From Anaerolineaceae bacterium (lineage in GTDB: Bacteria; Chloroflexota; Anaerolineae; Anaerolineales; Anaerolineaceae): a DNA stretch of 34,840 bases. Under the pieces are notes generated by a model. That model did no database searches. It saw only the letters and a list, made by a program, of their open reading frames with translations, and was not told the origin of the DNA. The position numbers were made by a program, and so were the translations under genes. Each line of letters starts with the position of its first letter. The first letter of the stretch is position 1. Below, piece by piece: positions 1-8,887 of this stretch. The stretch covers positions 1-34,840 of the forward strand of contig DATIUL010000112.1 in the NCBI GenBank assembly GCA_035466865.1. Reading direction: 5' to 3'.

Positions 1-93
1 ACAGCTCAACCACCTGTTGATACTGCCATACCAATTACTGAGATCCCCCCGACTGTACCTGCAGAGCCTCAGCCAACGGTTGGAATCCCCTAA
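1..93 (+). CDS. 3' end of a gene truncated by the window edge, with a Pro/Thr-rich C-terminal tail
   Basis: Frame 1 is open from base 1 to TAA at 91-93 (TAQPPVDTAIPITEIPPTVPAEPQPTVGIP*). No start lies in the window and the sequence is low-complexity, so this is weak. Confidence 0.3.
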   Translation, partial: TAQPPVDTAIPITEIPPTVPAEPQPTVGIP

Positions 94-110
94 TCCCTAA
101 AGGAGTCGAA

Positions 111-1190
111 TTGACCATTGATTTAGTTCCCCATATTAAAGAATTGCTGTCTGCTGCTGGCTTATCGGGCAACGAAGCCCCGGTGCGTGAAATACTTGAA
201 AAGGCCTGGAGACCGATCAGTGATGAACTGATCACCACCAACGGCGGCAGCTTCATCGCCGTCCAGCATGGTACGGGTGAAACTCCAAGGCCCAAAGTAC
301 TTATTGCGGCCCATATGGACGCCATCGGGCTGATGGTAACTACGATTGAGGAGGGTTTCCTGCACTTTACCCAGGTGGGTGGCGTGGACCCTCGCATTCT
401 CCCTGGCCAAATGGTAAACGTGCATGGCACTGCCCAGGGTTCGGATAAAGCCCAGGATATTCCCGGGATGGTAGTCATGCCGGCCGCTCATCTGTTACCC
501 ACGGATGCTCCAACGGGTGTGCTTGGACTGAACCACTTGCTTATCGATACAGGCCTTGAAGCAAAAGAGGTTGAGAAACTTGTGCGCGTAGGCGATTTTG
601 TCAATTTTACCCAGGAACCGATGGAGTTGGCTGGCGAGACCATCTGCGGCCACACCCTCGATAACCGCGGTTCCGTTGCTGCCCTCACTGTCTGCCTGGA
701 GATCCTTTCACGGCGTAAACACGTCTGGGATGTCTACGGCGACGCAACTTCCCAGGAGGAAGTTTTTGGCCCAGGAAGTATCACCGATCCTGTGCTTGTA
801 CGGCCAGATCTGGCAATTGTCATTGATGTCACTTTCTCCAAAGGTCCCGGTGGCAACGGCTACCTCTCTTGCGAAATCGGTAAAGGCCTTACCGTTGCAA
901 CCGGACCGCAGGATCATCCTTACCTGGTGAAAAAACTCCGAAAACTGGCTGAAACACTGGACATTCCTTTCAGCACTGAAGCTTTGCCTGCACCGGGTGG
1001 TACTGATGCCTACAGTATTCAGACCGCTGAAAGTGGCATTCCGACCGTGGAAATTGGCTTACCTTTGCGTTATATGCACACCCCGGTTGAATTGGTTTCC
1101 ATCAAAGACATCCGCCGCGCTGGCCGCTTAATGGCTGAGTTTATCGACTCACTGCCCGCGGATTTTATGAATGAAGTAATTTGGGAGTAG
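111..1190 (+). CDS. M42 family (TET/FrvX-type) metallo-aminopeptidase, paralog 1
   Basis: 359-aa ORF. TTG start sits 5 nt after AGGAG (101-105). Ordered M42 motifs are present: AAHMDAIGLMV, LDNRGS, SQEEV, IDVT, YMHTP. Confidence 0.85.
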   Translation: MTIDLVPHIKELLSAAGLSGNEAPVREILEKAWRPISDELITTNGGSFIAVQHGTGETPRPKVLIAAHMDAIGLMVTTIEEGFLHFTQVGGVDPRILPGQMVNVHGTAQGSDKAQDIPGMVVMPAAHLLPTDAPTGVLGLNHLLIDTGLEAKEVEKLVRVGDFVNFTQEPMELAGETICGHTLDNRGSVAALTVCLEILSRRKHVWDVYGDATSQEEVFGPGSITDPVLVRPDLAIVIDVTFSKGPGGNGYLSCEIGKGLTVATGPQDHPYLVKKLRKLAETLDIPFSTEALPAPGGTDAYSIQTAESGIPTVEIGLPLRYMHTPVELVSIKDIRRAGRLMAEFIDSLPADFMNEVIWE

Positions 1191-1192
1191 CC

Positions 1193-2272
1193 ATGGCAAC
1201 ACTAAATAAATTCAAACCCATCAATTTTAGCCTTGGCAAAAACGAAATGGATCTGCTTACCCGACTCTGCAATGCTGTTTCCGTATCGGGTGAAGAGCAG
1301 GAAGTTCGCAAGATTGTCCTCGAAGAAATTAAAGCTGTTGCCGATGAAGTCAAAACTGATGCCGTGGGTAACGTATTGGTTACCAAGAGAGGTACCACCT
1401 CCAACCGGTTAAGGGTAATGCTTTCAGGGCACATGGATGAAGTCGGTTTCATGATTGTGAAAGAAAGCGAAGATGGCACTTATGAGTTTCGAGTCATCGG
1501 AGGAATTGATCCCCGACAACTTGTCGGTAAACCCGTGCAAGTTGGGCGTGACCACAAACCCGGAGTCATCGGTGCAAAAGCCATCCATATGACCACTCCA
1601 GAAGAGCGTAAAGTTGCCATTCCCGTGGATCAGTTACGCGTCGATCTGGGCCTTGGTGCCAAAGTCAACATCGGCGATCGTGCCACCTTCGCCACCAAGT
1701 TGGCTGTACTCGGCCCAAGCCTGCGTTCAAAAGCCCTGGACGATCGCCTGGGTGTCTTCTTCCTTATCCAATTACTCAAGCATGCCCCTGCTAATGTGGA
1801 TCTATTCCTGGCTTTTACCGTTCAGGAAGAACTGGGATTGCGTGGCGCCAAAGTGGCCGCGTTCAGCTTTGACCCGCAGATTGGCATCGCCTTGGATTCA
1901 ACCCCTGCCAACGACCTGCCTTTCTTTGAAGGTGATGAGGAAAACACGCGTTACAACACACATCTTGGAGCTGGTCCCGCCATCTATCTAATGGACGGCG
2001 CAACCATCGGCGACCGCCGGCTGGTCAAATGGCTCAGCGAAAGCGCGGAAGCGGCTGGGATCCCCTGGCAGTACCGTCAGCCCGGTACAGGTGGAACGGA
2101 TGCTGGTGCCATTCATAAAACCCGTGCTGGTGTACCCAGCGTAAGCGTTTCCGTCCCTCAACGCTATTTGCATTCGGCGGCTGGGATGGTGCGAAAACAA
2201 GATGTTGTCAATACATTCAAGCTGATCCATACGGCGCTTTCACGCCTTGACCCTTCCATTCTTAACTCGTAG
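1193..2272 (+). CDS. M42 family metallo-aminopeptidase, paralog 2
   Basis: ORF track starts at TTG 1181, overlapping the upstream stop; ATG 1193 (MATLNKF...) is preferred. Motifs: SGHMDEVGFMI, LDDRLG, VQEELGLRGA, LDST, YLHS. Confidence 0.85.
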   Translation: MATLNKFKPINFSLGKNEMDLLTRLCNAVSVSGEEQEVRKIVLEEIKAVADEVKTDAVGNVLVTKRGTTSNRLRVMLSGHMDEVGFMIVKESEDGTYEFRVIGGIDPRQLVGKPVQVGRDHKPGVIGAKAIHMTTPEERKVAIPVDQLRVDLGLGAKVNIGDRATFATKLAVLGPSLRSKALDDRLGVFFLIQLLKHAPANVDLFLAFTVQEELGLRGAKVAAFSFDPQIGIALDSTPANDLPFFEGDEENTRYNTHLGAGPAIYLMDGATIGDRRLVKWLSESAEAAGIPWQYRQPGTGGTDAGAIHKTRAGVPSVSVSVPQRYLHSAAGMVRKQDVVNTFKLIHTALSRLDPSILNS

Positions 2273-2280
2273 GAGAACTG

Positions 2281-3324
2281 ATGAAAAACGAAAAAACTGC
2301 AGATAACGTTGAACTGATGAGCCTCATCCAGACATTAGTTGAGACCCCTGGCCCTTCCGGGCAGGAGCACATCATTCGCGAAACTATTAAGGAAATGGTC
2401 ACAGGGCTAGCAGATGAAATCCGCACGGACGCGCTCGGCAATTTGCTTTGCCGTATGGGCAACAAAAAAGAAAACGGCAAACGCATCATGGTCTCCGCGC
2501 ATATCGACGAAATTGGTCTGATGGTCATCCATGTGGACGAAAATGGGTTTGCCCGTTTTATCCCGGTGGGCGGCATCAATCCACTTACCTGCCTGGGCGG
2601 CAGAGTACTCTTCATGAATGGCGCTCACGGTGTTATCGGGGCTGAAAGACTGGAACCCAACACCATGCCCAAACTTGAGAACCTGTTTATCGACACAGGT
2701 GCCACTTCCACTGCTGATAGCCCTGTGAAGATTGGGGATGTTTGCGGTTTTGAGCGTCCGATGCTCGACCTTGGCAAGCGCATCAGCGCCAAATCCATGG
2801 ATGACCGCATTGCCGCTGTAATCGCCATCATGGCCATGCGTGCCTTGGCCAAACTGCCGGCTGCCAAACGCGGACCCAACGAAGTCTGGTTTGTGTTTAG
2901 CACCCAGGAAGAAGTGGGTTTGCGGGGGGCCACAACTGCTGCTTATGGCGTGGACCCTGAAGTTGGTTTTGCCATCGATGTGACCCTCACTGGTGACACA
3001 CCCAAGGCCTATAAACGCCCCATGGCACTTGGAAAAGGCGCCTGCATTAAAGTGCGCGATAGTTCTTTTATCGCTGATACCCGTGTGGTGAATTGGATGA
3101 TTAACGAAGCCAAAACACAGGGCATCCCTTATCAAATGGAAGTGCTCGACGCTGGTGGAACCGATGGACGCGCCATTCAAATGACCCGTGCTGGCGTGCC
3201 GGCTGGCTGCATCTCCCTTGCTTGCCGTTACGTGCACTCCCCCTCGGAAATGGTGGATAAAGACGACCTGGATGCCTGCATCAAACTGACCGCTGGCCTC
3301 GTCAGCAAAGAGGTAAAGCTTTAG
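2281..3324 (+). CDS. M42 family metallo-aminopeptidase, paralog 3
   Basis: 347-aa ORF. ATG is preceded by AGGAG (2272-2276). Motifs: SAHIDEIGLMV, MDDRIA, TQEEVGLRGA, IDVT, YVHSP. Confidence 0.85.
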   Translation: MKNEKTADNVELMSLIQTLVETPGPSGQEHIIRETIKEMVTGLADEIRTDALGNLLCRMGNKKENGKRIMVSAHIDEIGLMVIHVDENGFARFIPVGGINPLTCLGGRVLFMNGAHGVIGAERLEPNTMPKLENLFIDTGATSTADSPVKIGDVCGFERPMLDLGKRISAKSMDDRIAAVIAIMAMRALAKLPAAKRGPNEVWFVFSTQEEVGLRGATTAAYGVDPEVGFAIDVTLTGDTPKAYKRPMALGKGACIKVRDSSFIADTRVVNWMINEAKTQGIPYQMEVLDAGGTDGRAIQMTRAGVPAGCISLACRYVHSPSEMVDKDDLDACIKLTAGLVSKEVKL

Positions 3325-3355
3325 GTTTACAATTGAAGCCTGAGGTATAGCTGAT

Positions 3356-4693
3356 TTGTCTGTTAAAACTCAATCTGAAAAGCATAAAACTTACTTAAGC
3401 CTCCTTGTGGGGCTTATCTTGGTTCTTATGCTTTCTGCTTGCTCGGTCTTGCAGGAGGCTGGCTTAAATTTGCCCTGGGAGGTTCAACCCACCCAATTTC
3501 CCACGCTCAATCCAGATTTATTCAGCTCTCCAACATTATCTGCTTCCACATCTGAAAAAACACCAGCCAGTACTACACCGGAATCCGCCTCCATTTTGAC
3601 GATTTGGTTTCCACCAGAGATGGACCCTAAGTCTGATTCGCCAGCGGCAAAACTTTTACTCGATAAACTGGAAGATTTTGCTAAAGAAAACAACATGCAA
3701 TTACAAACCCGTCCGAAAGCTGCCAAAGGCAGTGGAGGTTTGCTGGACTCTTTGGCTGCCGCAAAAGCTGCAGCTCCGGATGCGTTGCCTGACCTAGTGA
3801 TTCTGGACCAGGACGATCTGGCACTGGCAGCATCAAAAGGTTACCTAAGCCCGTTGCCCATAGAGGTTTTTTTGGGCGATGAGAAGGACTGGTTTGAAGC
3901 TGCTCGCGCGATGACAAACTTTGAAGGGCAAACTTACGGTGCTCCAATCAGCCTGGACCCATATATTTTTGGCATGACCGGAGTTTCAAGTATCAATAAT
4001 GGCGGCTGGTCGGGCCTCCGAACAAGCCTCGGCAAAGTCGCCTTTGCGGCAGATGACCCGCGCGGCATCTTCCTGATGAATATCTACATTGCTGAGGGTG
4101 GAAACGTTCAGGATTCGCTTAAACACCCGGTTTTGGATCAGGAGCCACTTGCTCGCACCATGCTCTATCTGCACCAAGCCTATCTGGATCGCCATATCAG
4201 CACCATTTCTGTTCAGGCTCAAACTGAAGCACAGATACTGGACGCTTTATTGAATGGCAACACTGACATTGGTTTTATAAAACTAAGTCAGCTACTTAAG
4301 AACAATCAGGAAAAGACCAACGCGGTTGCCTTACGCATCTCCTTGCCCGGTAAGACACTGGCACAGGGGCGATTCTGGGCCATTACCACTTCGAATCCGG
4401 CAAAGCTTTCCAAAATACAAGCTTTGATCCTGGCGGTTTCTTCCCCCGAGTTTATGGGCGGCTACACAAAAGCTTTGGGTGTTCTGCCAGCCAGGCCATC
4501 CGCTCTTGAATCGTGGTCCGATCTCAGCACTGAAGTGCCATGGACACGTATTGGCGAATTATCCCTGCCCATGCCCGAAGAAAGCATCATTAACCGGCTG
4601 GGACCGATTTTGCGCAAGGCCACACTGGACGACCTAACGGAAACAGGCAATCCAGAGGAAATTACCTCCCGCACATTGGAGAGCGTCAAGTGA
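3356..4693 (+). CDS. Extracellular solute-binding-protein-like lipoprotein (family 1 type), with no cognate permease nearby
   Basis: 445-aa ORF with TTG start. Signal peptide carries a lipobox (LVLMLSAC), followed by a Ser/Thr/Pro linker. The region LTIWFP...LPDLVILDQDDLALAASKGYLSPL is typical of ABC sugar-type binding proteins. The start codon is uncertain. Confidence 0.65.
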   Translation: MSVKTQSEKHKTYLSLLVGLILVLMLSACSVLQEAGLNLPWEVQPTQFPTLNPDLFSSPTLSASTSEKTPASTTPESASILTIWFPPEMDPKSDSPAAKLLLDKLEDFAKENNMQLQTRPKAAKGSGGLLDSLAAAKAAAPDALPDLVILDQDDLALAASKGYLSPLPIEVFLGDEKDWFEAARAMTNFEGQTYGAPISLDPYIFGMTGVSSINNGGWSGLRTSLGKVAFAADDPRGIFLMNIYIAEGGNVQDSLKHPVLDQEPLARTMLYLHQAYLDRHISTISVQAQTEAQILDALLNGNTDIGFIKLSQLLKNNQEKTNAVALRISLPGKTLAQGRFWAITTSNPAKLSKIQALILAVSSPEFMGGYTKALGVLPARPSALESWSDLSTEVPWTRIGELSLPMPEESIINRLGPILRKATLDDLTETGNPEEITSRTLESVK

Positions 4694-5028
4694 GTACGAA
4701 TCTAAAAGACGATCTCAAAAAAAAGGTTTCTGACCCTTGGGCCGGCACCTGGTCCGCGCTGATCATCCTGATTTTCGTGGTAATTGCGCTGTTGGTGCTA
4801 ACGACTTTACGTTCCAATCAAGCTCTACTTATTGCAAGCCAACAGACGGCTACGGTTTTGGCAAGCACAACGAAAACGCCTGAACCAATGAGCCCTGAAA
4901 ATGTAGAATATATCCCACCCATCATCGATACCAACTTATTAGTTGCATTGGCTGGTCTGATGCTTTTGTTAGTGCTGGTAGTGATGCTGCGTGAAGTGAC
5001 CTGGTTCCGCAAGAAAACTAAAAAATAG
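4690..5028 (+). CDS. Small membrane protein with two predicted TM helices, unknown function
   Basis: 112-aa ORF. Its GTG start overlaps the upstream stop (GTGA) and GGAGAG lies 6 nt upstream. Two long hydrophobic segments (WSALIILIFVVIALLVLTTL and LLVALAGLMLLLVLVVML) are followed by a basic tail. Confidence 0.5.
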   Translation: MSTNLKDDLKKKVSDPWAGTWSALIILIFVVIALLVLTTLRSNQALLIASQQTATVLASTTKTPEPMSPENVEYIPPIIDTNLLVALAGLMLLLVLVVMLREVTWFRKKTKK

Positions 5029-5148
5029 TCGAAGCCTTCAGGTTTGTAGACTTCCCAAATTAAGATTCGGATTCCCAAAGAGTTTATACCTAGATTGTCT
5101 CCCGGCTGAGAAGGCTTGATTTATAATCCTCGAATGAGGAGATAAGCC

Positions 5149-6261
5149 ATGGAAACCAGACTAAGAAAACTCATCCAGATTATGGAAGCAAACGGGCTTG
5201 ACGCGGTGGCCCTTAACCCTGGTTCGAACCTGTCTTATCTGACTGGGTTGGATTTTCACCTGATGGAGCGTCCAGTAATTGTGCTCTTTGGTGCGGATGG
5301 CAAAGTTTCGATAGTCCTGCCAGCATTGGAAAAAGGAAAATTGGAGGCCCTCAAGTACCCTATCCATTCCAAAACCTATGGAGACGACCCCGCAGAGTGG
5401 AATCAAGCGTTCGTTGATGGCTTTGCGGACTTTAGTGGCCGACCGCTCCGGATTGGTGTGGAACCAAACCGCATGCGGATTCTGGAGGAAAGTTACCTCC
5501 AGCAAGCCCTCCCAAAAGCCGAACTTGTGCACGCTGGCTCCACACTCGCCGTCCTGCGCCTTCATAAGGACGAAAAGGAATTGGCGAAAATGCGACAGGC
5601 CGCCATCATTGCCCAGAATGCCTTGCTTGCCACATTGCGTGTCATCCGTCCCGGTTGGACGGAACAGCAAATTGCTGCTGAGTTGTCCATCCAACTCCTC
5701 CGGGCTGGCTCACAAGGGGAAGGTTTTAGTTCCATCGTTGCACTCAGTGAAAACGCGGCCAATCCGCATTCAACGCCTGGGCAACGCACACTTTCGGAAG
5801 GTGATTTTTTGCTGATTGATTATGGCGCTATTTTTGAAGGCTACGCTTCTGATATCACCCGCACATTCTCATATGGGGAAGTAAGCGAGGAGATGCAAAC
5901 GGTGGCGGGCCTGGTTTACGAGGCCAATTGCGGCGCGCGAGAAAATGGCAAACCCGGTATGCCTGCCGGCACAGTGGACGGTTTTGCCCGTTCAATCATC
6001 GAGGCAGGAGGATACGGTGAATTCTTTACGCATCGCACCGGGCACGGTTTGGGAATGGAAATTCATGAAGCACCTTATATTTTCGCGGGCAATCCACTTC
6101 TGCTTGAAGAAGGCATGACGTTTACCATCGAACCCGGCATCTATTTACCTGGACGATTTGGGGTTCGTATAGAAGATGATGTTGTGGTCACCTCTGAAGG
6201 TTTGCGCAGCCTCACCGATCTGCCCAGGCGTGTACTGCCATTGGAATCCTTCTGGAAATGA
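5149..6261 (+). CDS. M24 family metallopeptidase (Xaa-Pro dipeptidase or aminopeptidase P type)
   Basis: 370-aa ORF with GAGGAG upstream. Creatinase-like N-domain followed by DYG...D(I)TRT, HRTGHGLGMEIHEAP, TIEPG and VRIEDDV metal-site motifs. Confidence 0.85.
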   Translation: METRLRKLIQIMEANGLDAVALNPGSNLSYLTGLDFHLMERPVIVLFGADGKVSIVLPALEKGKLEALKYPIHSKTYGDDPAEWNQAFVDGFADFSGRPLRIGVEPNRMRILEESYLQQALPKAELVHAGSTLAVLRLHKDEKELAKMRQAAIIAQNALLATLRVIRPGWTEQQIAAELSIQLLRAGSQGEGFSSIVALSENAANPHSTPGQRTLSEGDFLLIDYGAIFEGYASDITRTFSYGEVSEEMQTVAGLVYEANCGARENGKPGMPAGTVDGFARSIIEAGGYGEFFTHRTGHGLGMEIHEAPYIFAGNPLLLEEGMTFTIEPGIYLPGRFGVRIEDDVVVTSEGLRSLTDLPRRVLPLESFWK

Positions 6262-7454
6262 AACGAATTTTTGCGAGTGAACGGCGCGATCTCAATCTGA
6301 TTGCGCTTTCTTTGATGGTTTGGTCCCTTGGCGAGGGTTTGTTTATGATTTTCCAGCCCATTTACCTGCAGGAATTGGGTGCAAACCCCATACAGATTGG
6401 CTTCATCATCAGCCTAAGCATGGTGGTGATTGGCCTCATGCACATTCCAGTTGGTTTTATCAGTGACCGGGTAAGCCGGAAAAAACTCATGGTATTAAGT
6501 TGGATAATCGGCTGTATAGCAGCTCTGCTGATGGCCCTTAGCCGCAATCTCCTTCCATTTGTAATGGGAATGCTGCTCTATAACATAACTGGGTCAGTGA
6601 TTGCCCCTATGAATAGTTACATTTCTGACTGTAAAGGAACTTGGTCTGATAATCAGGCTTTCACTTTTATTTCCGCATCATACATGGTTGGTTATCTCTT
6701 CGGACCTATCATGGGCGGATTTCTGGCCGAACGGATAGGCCTCAGACTGCTGTACTTAATTGCTACCGCTATTTTTGTGATATCCACGTGGATGATCTTT
6801 AAGATTAAGGATCAGCCTGTGCACCCAGCGGATGGAAAACCTGCGGCCCGGGCCTTGTTTAGAAACCGAACATTTGTGATGGCTTGTCTGCTGATCTTTG
6901 CCGTGGCATTTGCAACTTACCTGCCTAACCCACTGACTTCAAACTTTTTACACAATCAGCGTGGCATTAGTCTGCAGACCCTGGGCATCTTTGGCATGGT
7001 CATGAGTGCTGGCGGTATTCTTTTCAACTTATTTCTGGGCAAAATGCTTGCATGGCCCATCTATCTTATTGGTCAAACAGCCGTCATCGCGTTTTCAGTT
7101 TTATTGGTAAAAGGTAGGTCAGAACTCATTTTTGGCCTGGCTTACTTCATGTTGGGCGGCTTTCGCGTGATTAACGCAATTACATCTTCTGTAGTGAGGC
7201 CCCTGTTGCACAAAGCCCAGGTAGGTTTGGGGTTTGGAATTGCGGAAACCTCAAAATCGCTGGCGTTTATCCTTGCACCGGTTCTAGCTGGCTACCTTTA
7301 CAACCGCGACCCTGAATTGATCTATCAAGTGGCCATCGGGATGGGAGTGGTCATGTTGTTGTTCCTGTTGCTTGTTGGCCGAAAGACCAGTTTTCTGCAC
7401 TATAAAGCCGAAAGTCTGGATGCCACGGATGCTCTACCTCCTGGCCGTGCCTGA
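6258..7454 (+). CDS. MFS transporter
   Basis: 398-aa ORF. ATG overlaps the upstream stop (ATGA). About 12 hydrophobic segments, plus an MFS loop 2-3 signature-like GFISDRVSRKK. Confidence 0.8.
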   Translation: MKRIFASERRDLNLIALSLMVWSLGEGLFMIFQPIYLQELGANPIQIGFIISLSMVVIGLMHIPVGFISDRVSRKKLMVLSWIIGCIAALLMALSRNLLPFVMGMLLYNITGSVIAPMNSYISDCKGTWSDNQAFTFISASYMVGYLFGPIMGGFLAERIGLRLLYLIATAIFVISTWMIFKIKDQPVHPADGKPAARALFRNRTFVMACLLIFAVAFATYLPNPLTSNFLHNQRGISLQTLGIFGMVMSAGGILFNLFLGKMLAWPIYLIGQTAVIAFSVLLVKGRSELIFGLAYFMLGGFRVINAITSSVVRPLLHKAQVGLGFGIAETSKSLAFILAPVLAGYLYNRDPELIYQVAIGMGVVMLLFLLLVGRKTSFLHYKAESLDATDALPPGRA

Positions 7455-7671
7455 TATTATCCAGTGATCCCAGCCTGACTGAAAACTTACATTAAGACGA
7501 AATTCTCCTGATTATTGCCTCCCATTTATTGAGCATTACCTGCCTTGTTGCGGTAAATTTGGAAACCGGGTCTTATTAGCTCCTTTAATTCACCTGATTC
7601 CCAAAAGGTGGCAGTTTCCCCGTTCGAAGCTAATAAGATTGTTAATGATTTGATAATCGGGGTTAATGCTA

Positions 7672-7699
7672 TTGACAAAACCAGAGAGGGTCATATAAT
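7672..7699 (+). promoter_or_regulatory. Sigma-70-type promoter of the LacI-family gene
   Basis: TTGACA (7672-7677), 16-nt spacer, TATAAT (7694-7699). Both hexamers are consensus. Confidence 0.65.
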
Positions 7700-7706
7700 C
7701 AATTTA

Positions 7707-7720
7707 TGAGAGCGCTCCCA
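7707..7720. promoter_or_regulatory. Putative LacI-family operator (14-bp near-palindrome)
   Basis: TGAGAGC|GCTCCCA has one mismatched pair and a GAGCGCTC core identical to the symmetric lac operator core. It starts 8 nt after the -10. Confidence 0.5.
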
Positions 7721-7750
7721 CGGGAAACGCTCCTACAAAAGGACACCCTT

Positions 7751-8779
7751 ATGCCCCTCACCCTAGAGGATATCGCAAAAATCAGTGGCGTTTCCAGATC
7801 CACAGTTTCAAGAGTGGTAAATCACGATCGTAGAGTAAGCTCAACTACACGGGAACATGTCCTTGAGGTCATCGAAGAATACAATTTTTATCCCAATTTG
7901 GCAGCCAGGGGTTTGGCTTCAGGACACACGAATGTCCTGGGTGTAATTATTCCCGCAGGCGTACCATCCCTGTTCACTGACCCTTATTTCCCCATCTTGC
8001 TTCAGGGTGTGTCATCAGCCTGCAACAAACTGGATTATTCCGTTATGCTTTCGATTTCAGACGTAGCATCGGAAAAACGTCTGGTTGGCCGCCTGGTTCA
8101 AAATCACCTGGTCGATGGAGTTATTGTTGCCTCAACTTTGCTTGGCGACCCCATTCAGAACACGTTGACCAATAGTGATCTGCCATTTGTGATTGTTGGC
8201 CGTCAACCAAATCTAGCTGCCAATGTAATCGACATCGATAACAGGCACGCTGTTCACCAGGCCGTTGATTTTCTGATTGGGCAGGGTTATAAGCGAATCG
8301 CTACCATTACCGGTCCCTTAAACCAAATGGCTGGTGTGGATCGTCTTGATGGATACAAAGATGCCTTGAAAGCCGCTGGCCTAAAAATTGATACCCGTTT
8401 GATTGCTGAAGGCAACTTTACTGAATATGGAGGCTATCAAGGCATGAAGTCCTTGCTTCCTTACAAACCCGAAGCAGTCTTTGCTGCCAGTGATAACACA
8501 GCCATAGGGGCATTACATTGCCTGAATGAAGTTGGCCTACACGTGCCAGATGATATTGGCTTAATTGGGTTTGATGACATCCCTGCCTCCAGCACACTCA
8601 CGCCCCCCTTATCCACGGTCAGGCAGCCTATTCATGGAATGGGTGAGGCTGCAGCAAAATTACTGATTGAGGCCATTGAAAGCGGCTCCAAAGAACACCA
8701 TTCTGTCACTTTGCCGACCGAGCTGGTGGTTCGCAATTCCACTGCCCGGGTAAATCATTACCAAACCATAATCGGATGA
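7751..8779 (+). CDS. LacI family transcriptional regulator
   Basis: The ORF track start at 7706 adds 15 atypical residues. ATG 7751 gives the canonical HTH N-terminus MPLTLEDIAKISGVSRSTVSRVVN. A sugar-binding core follows, with LIGFDDIP near the C-terminus. Confidence 0.85.
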   Translation: MPLTLEDIAKISGVSRSTVSRVVNHDRRVSSTTREHVLEVIEEYNFYPNLAARGLASGHTNVLGVIIPAGVPSLFTDPYFPILLQGVSSACNKLDYSVMLSISDVASEKRLVGRLVQNHLVDGVIVASTLLGDPIQNTLTNSDLPFVIVGRQPNLAANVIDIDNRHAVHQAVDFLIGQGYKRIATITGPLNQMAGVDRLDGYKDALKAAGLKIDTRLIAEGNFTEYGGYQGMKSLLPYKPEAVFAASDNTAIGALHCLNEVGLHVPDDIGLIGFDDIPASSTLTPPLSTVRQPIHGMGEAAAKLLIEAIESGSKEHHSVTLPTELVVRNSTARVNHYQTIIG

Positions 8780-8887
8780 GGAGATCGTCCAAACAATGAT
8801 GAAGGAGGAGATCGAAAATTTGCGAAATTACACGTTTTCTGCAGTCTTGATACCATTTTCTACAATATTCACAAAAGGAGAATATTA

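Noticed and set aside
2407-3237. 276-aa minus-strand ORF, plus other antisense ORFs at 2262-2615 and 2625-2933
   Set aside because: It lies entirely antisense to a well-supported M42 gene. The translation is low-complexity and His/Gly/Ala-rich with no motifs, which is typical of a shadow ORF.
5221-5230. GGTTCGAACC, resembling a tRNA T-arm
   Set aside because: It lies inside the M24 peptidase CDS with no flanking acceptor or anticodon arms. It is just a 10-bp palindrome.
7706-7750. 15-codon extension of the LacI-family ORF
   Set aside because: It would begin inside the predicted operator and transcription-start region. ATG 7751 gives the standard HTH N-terminus.
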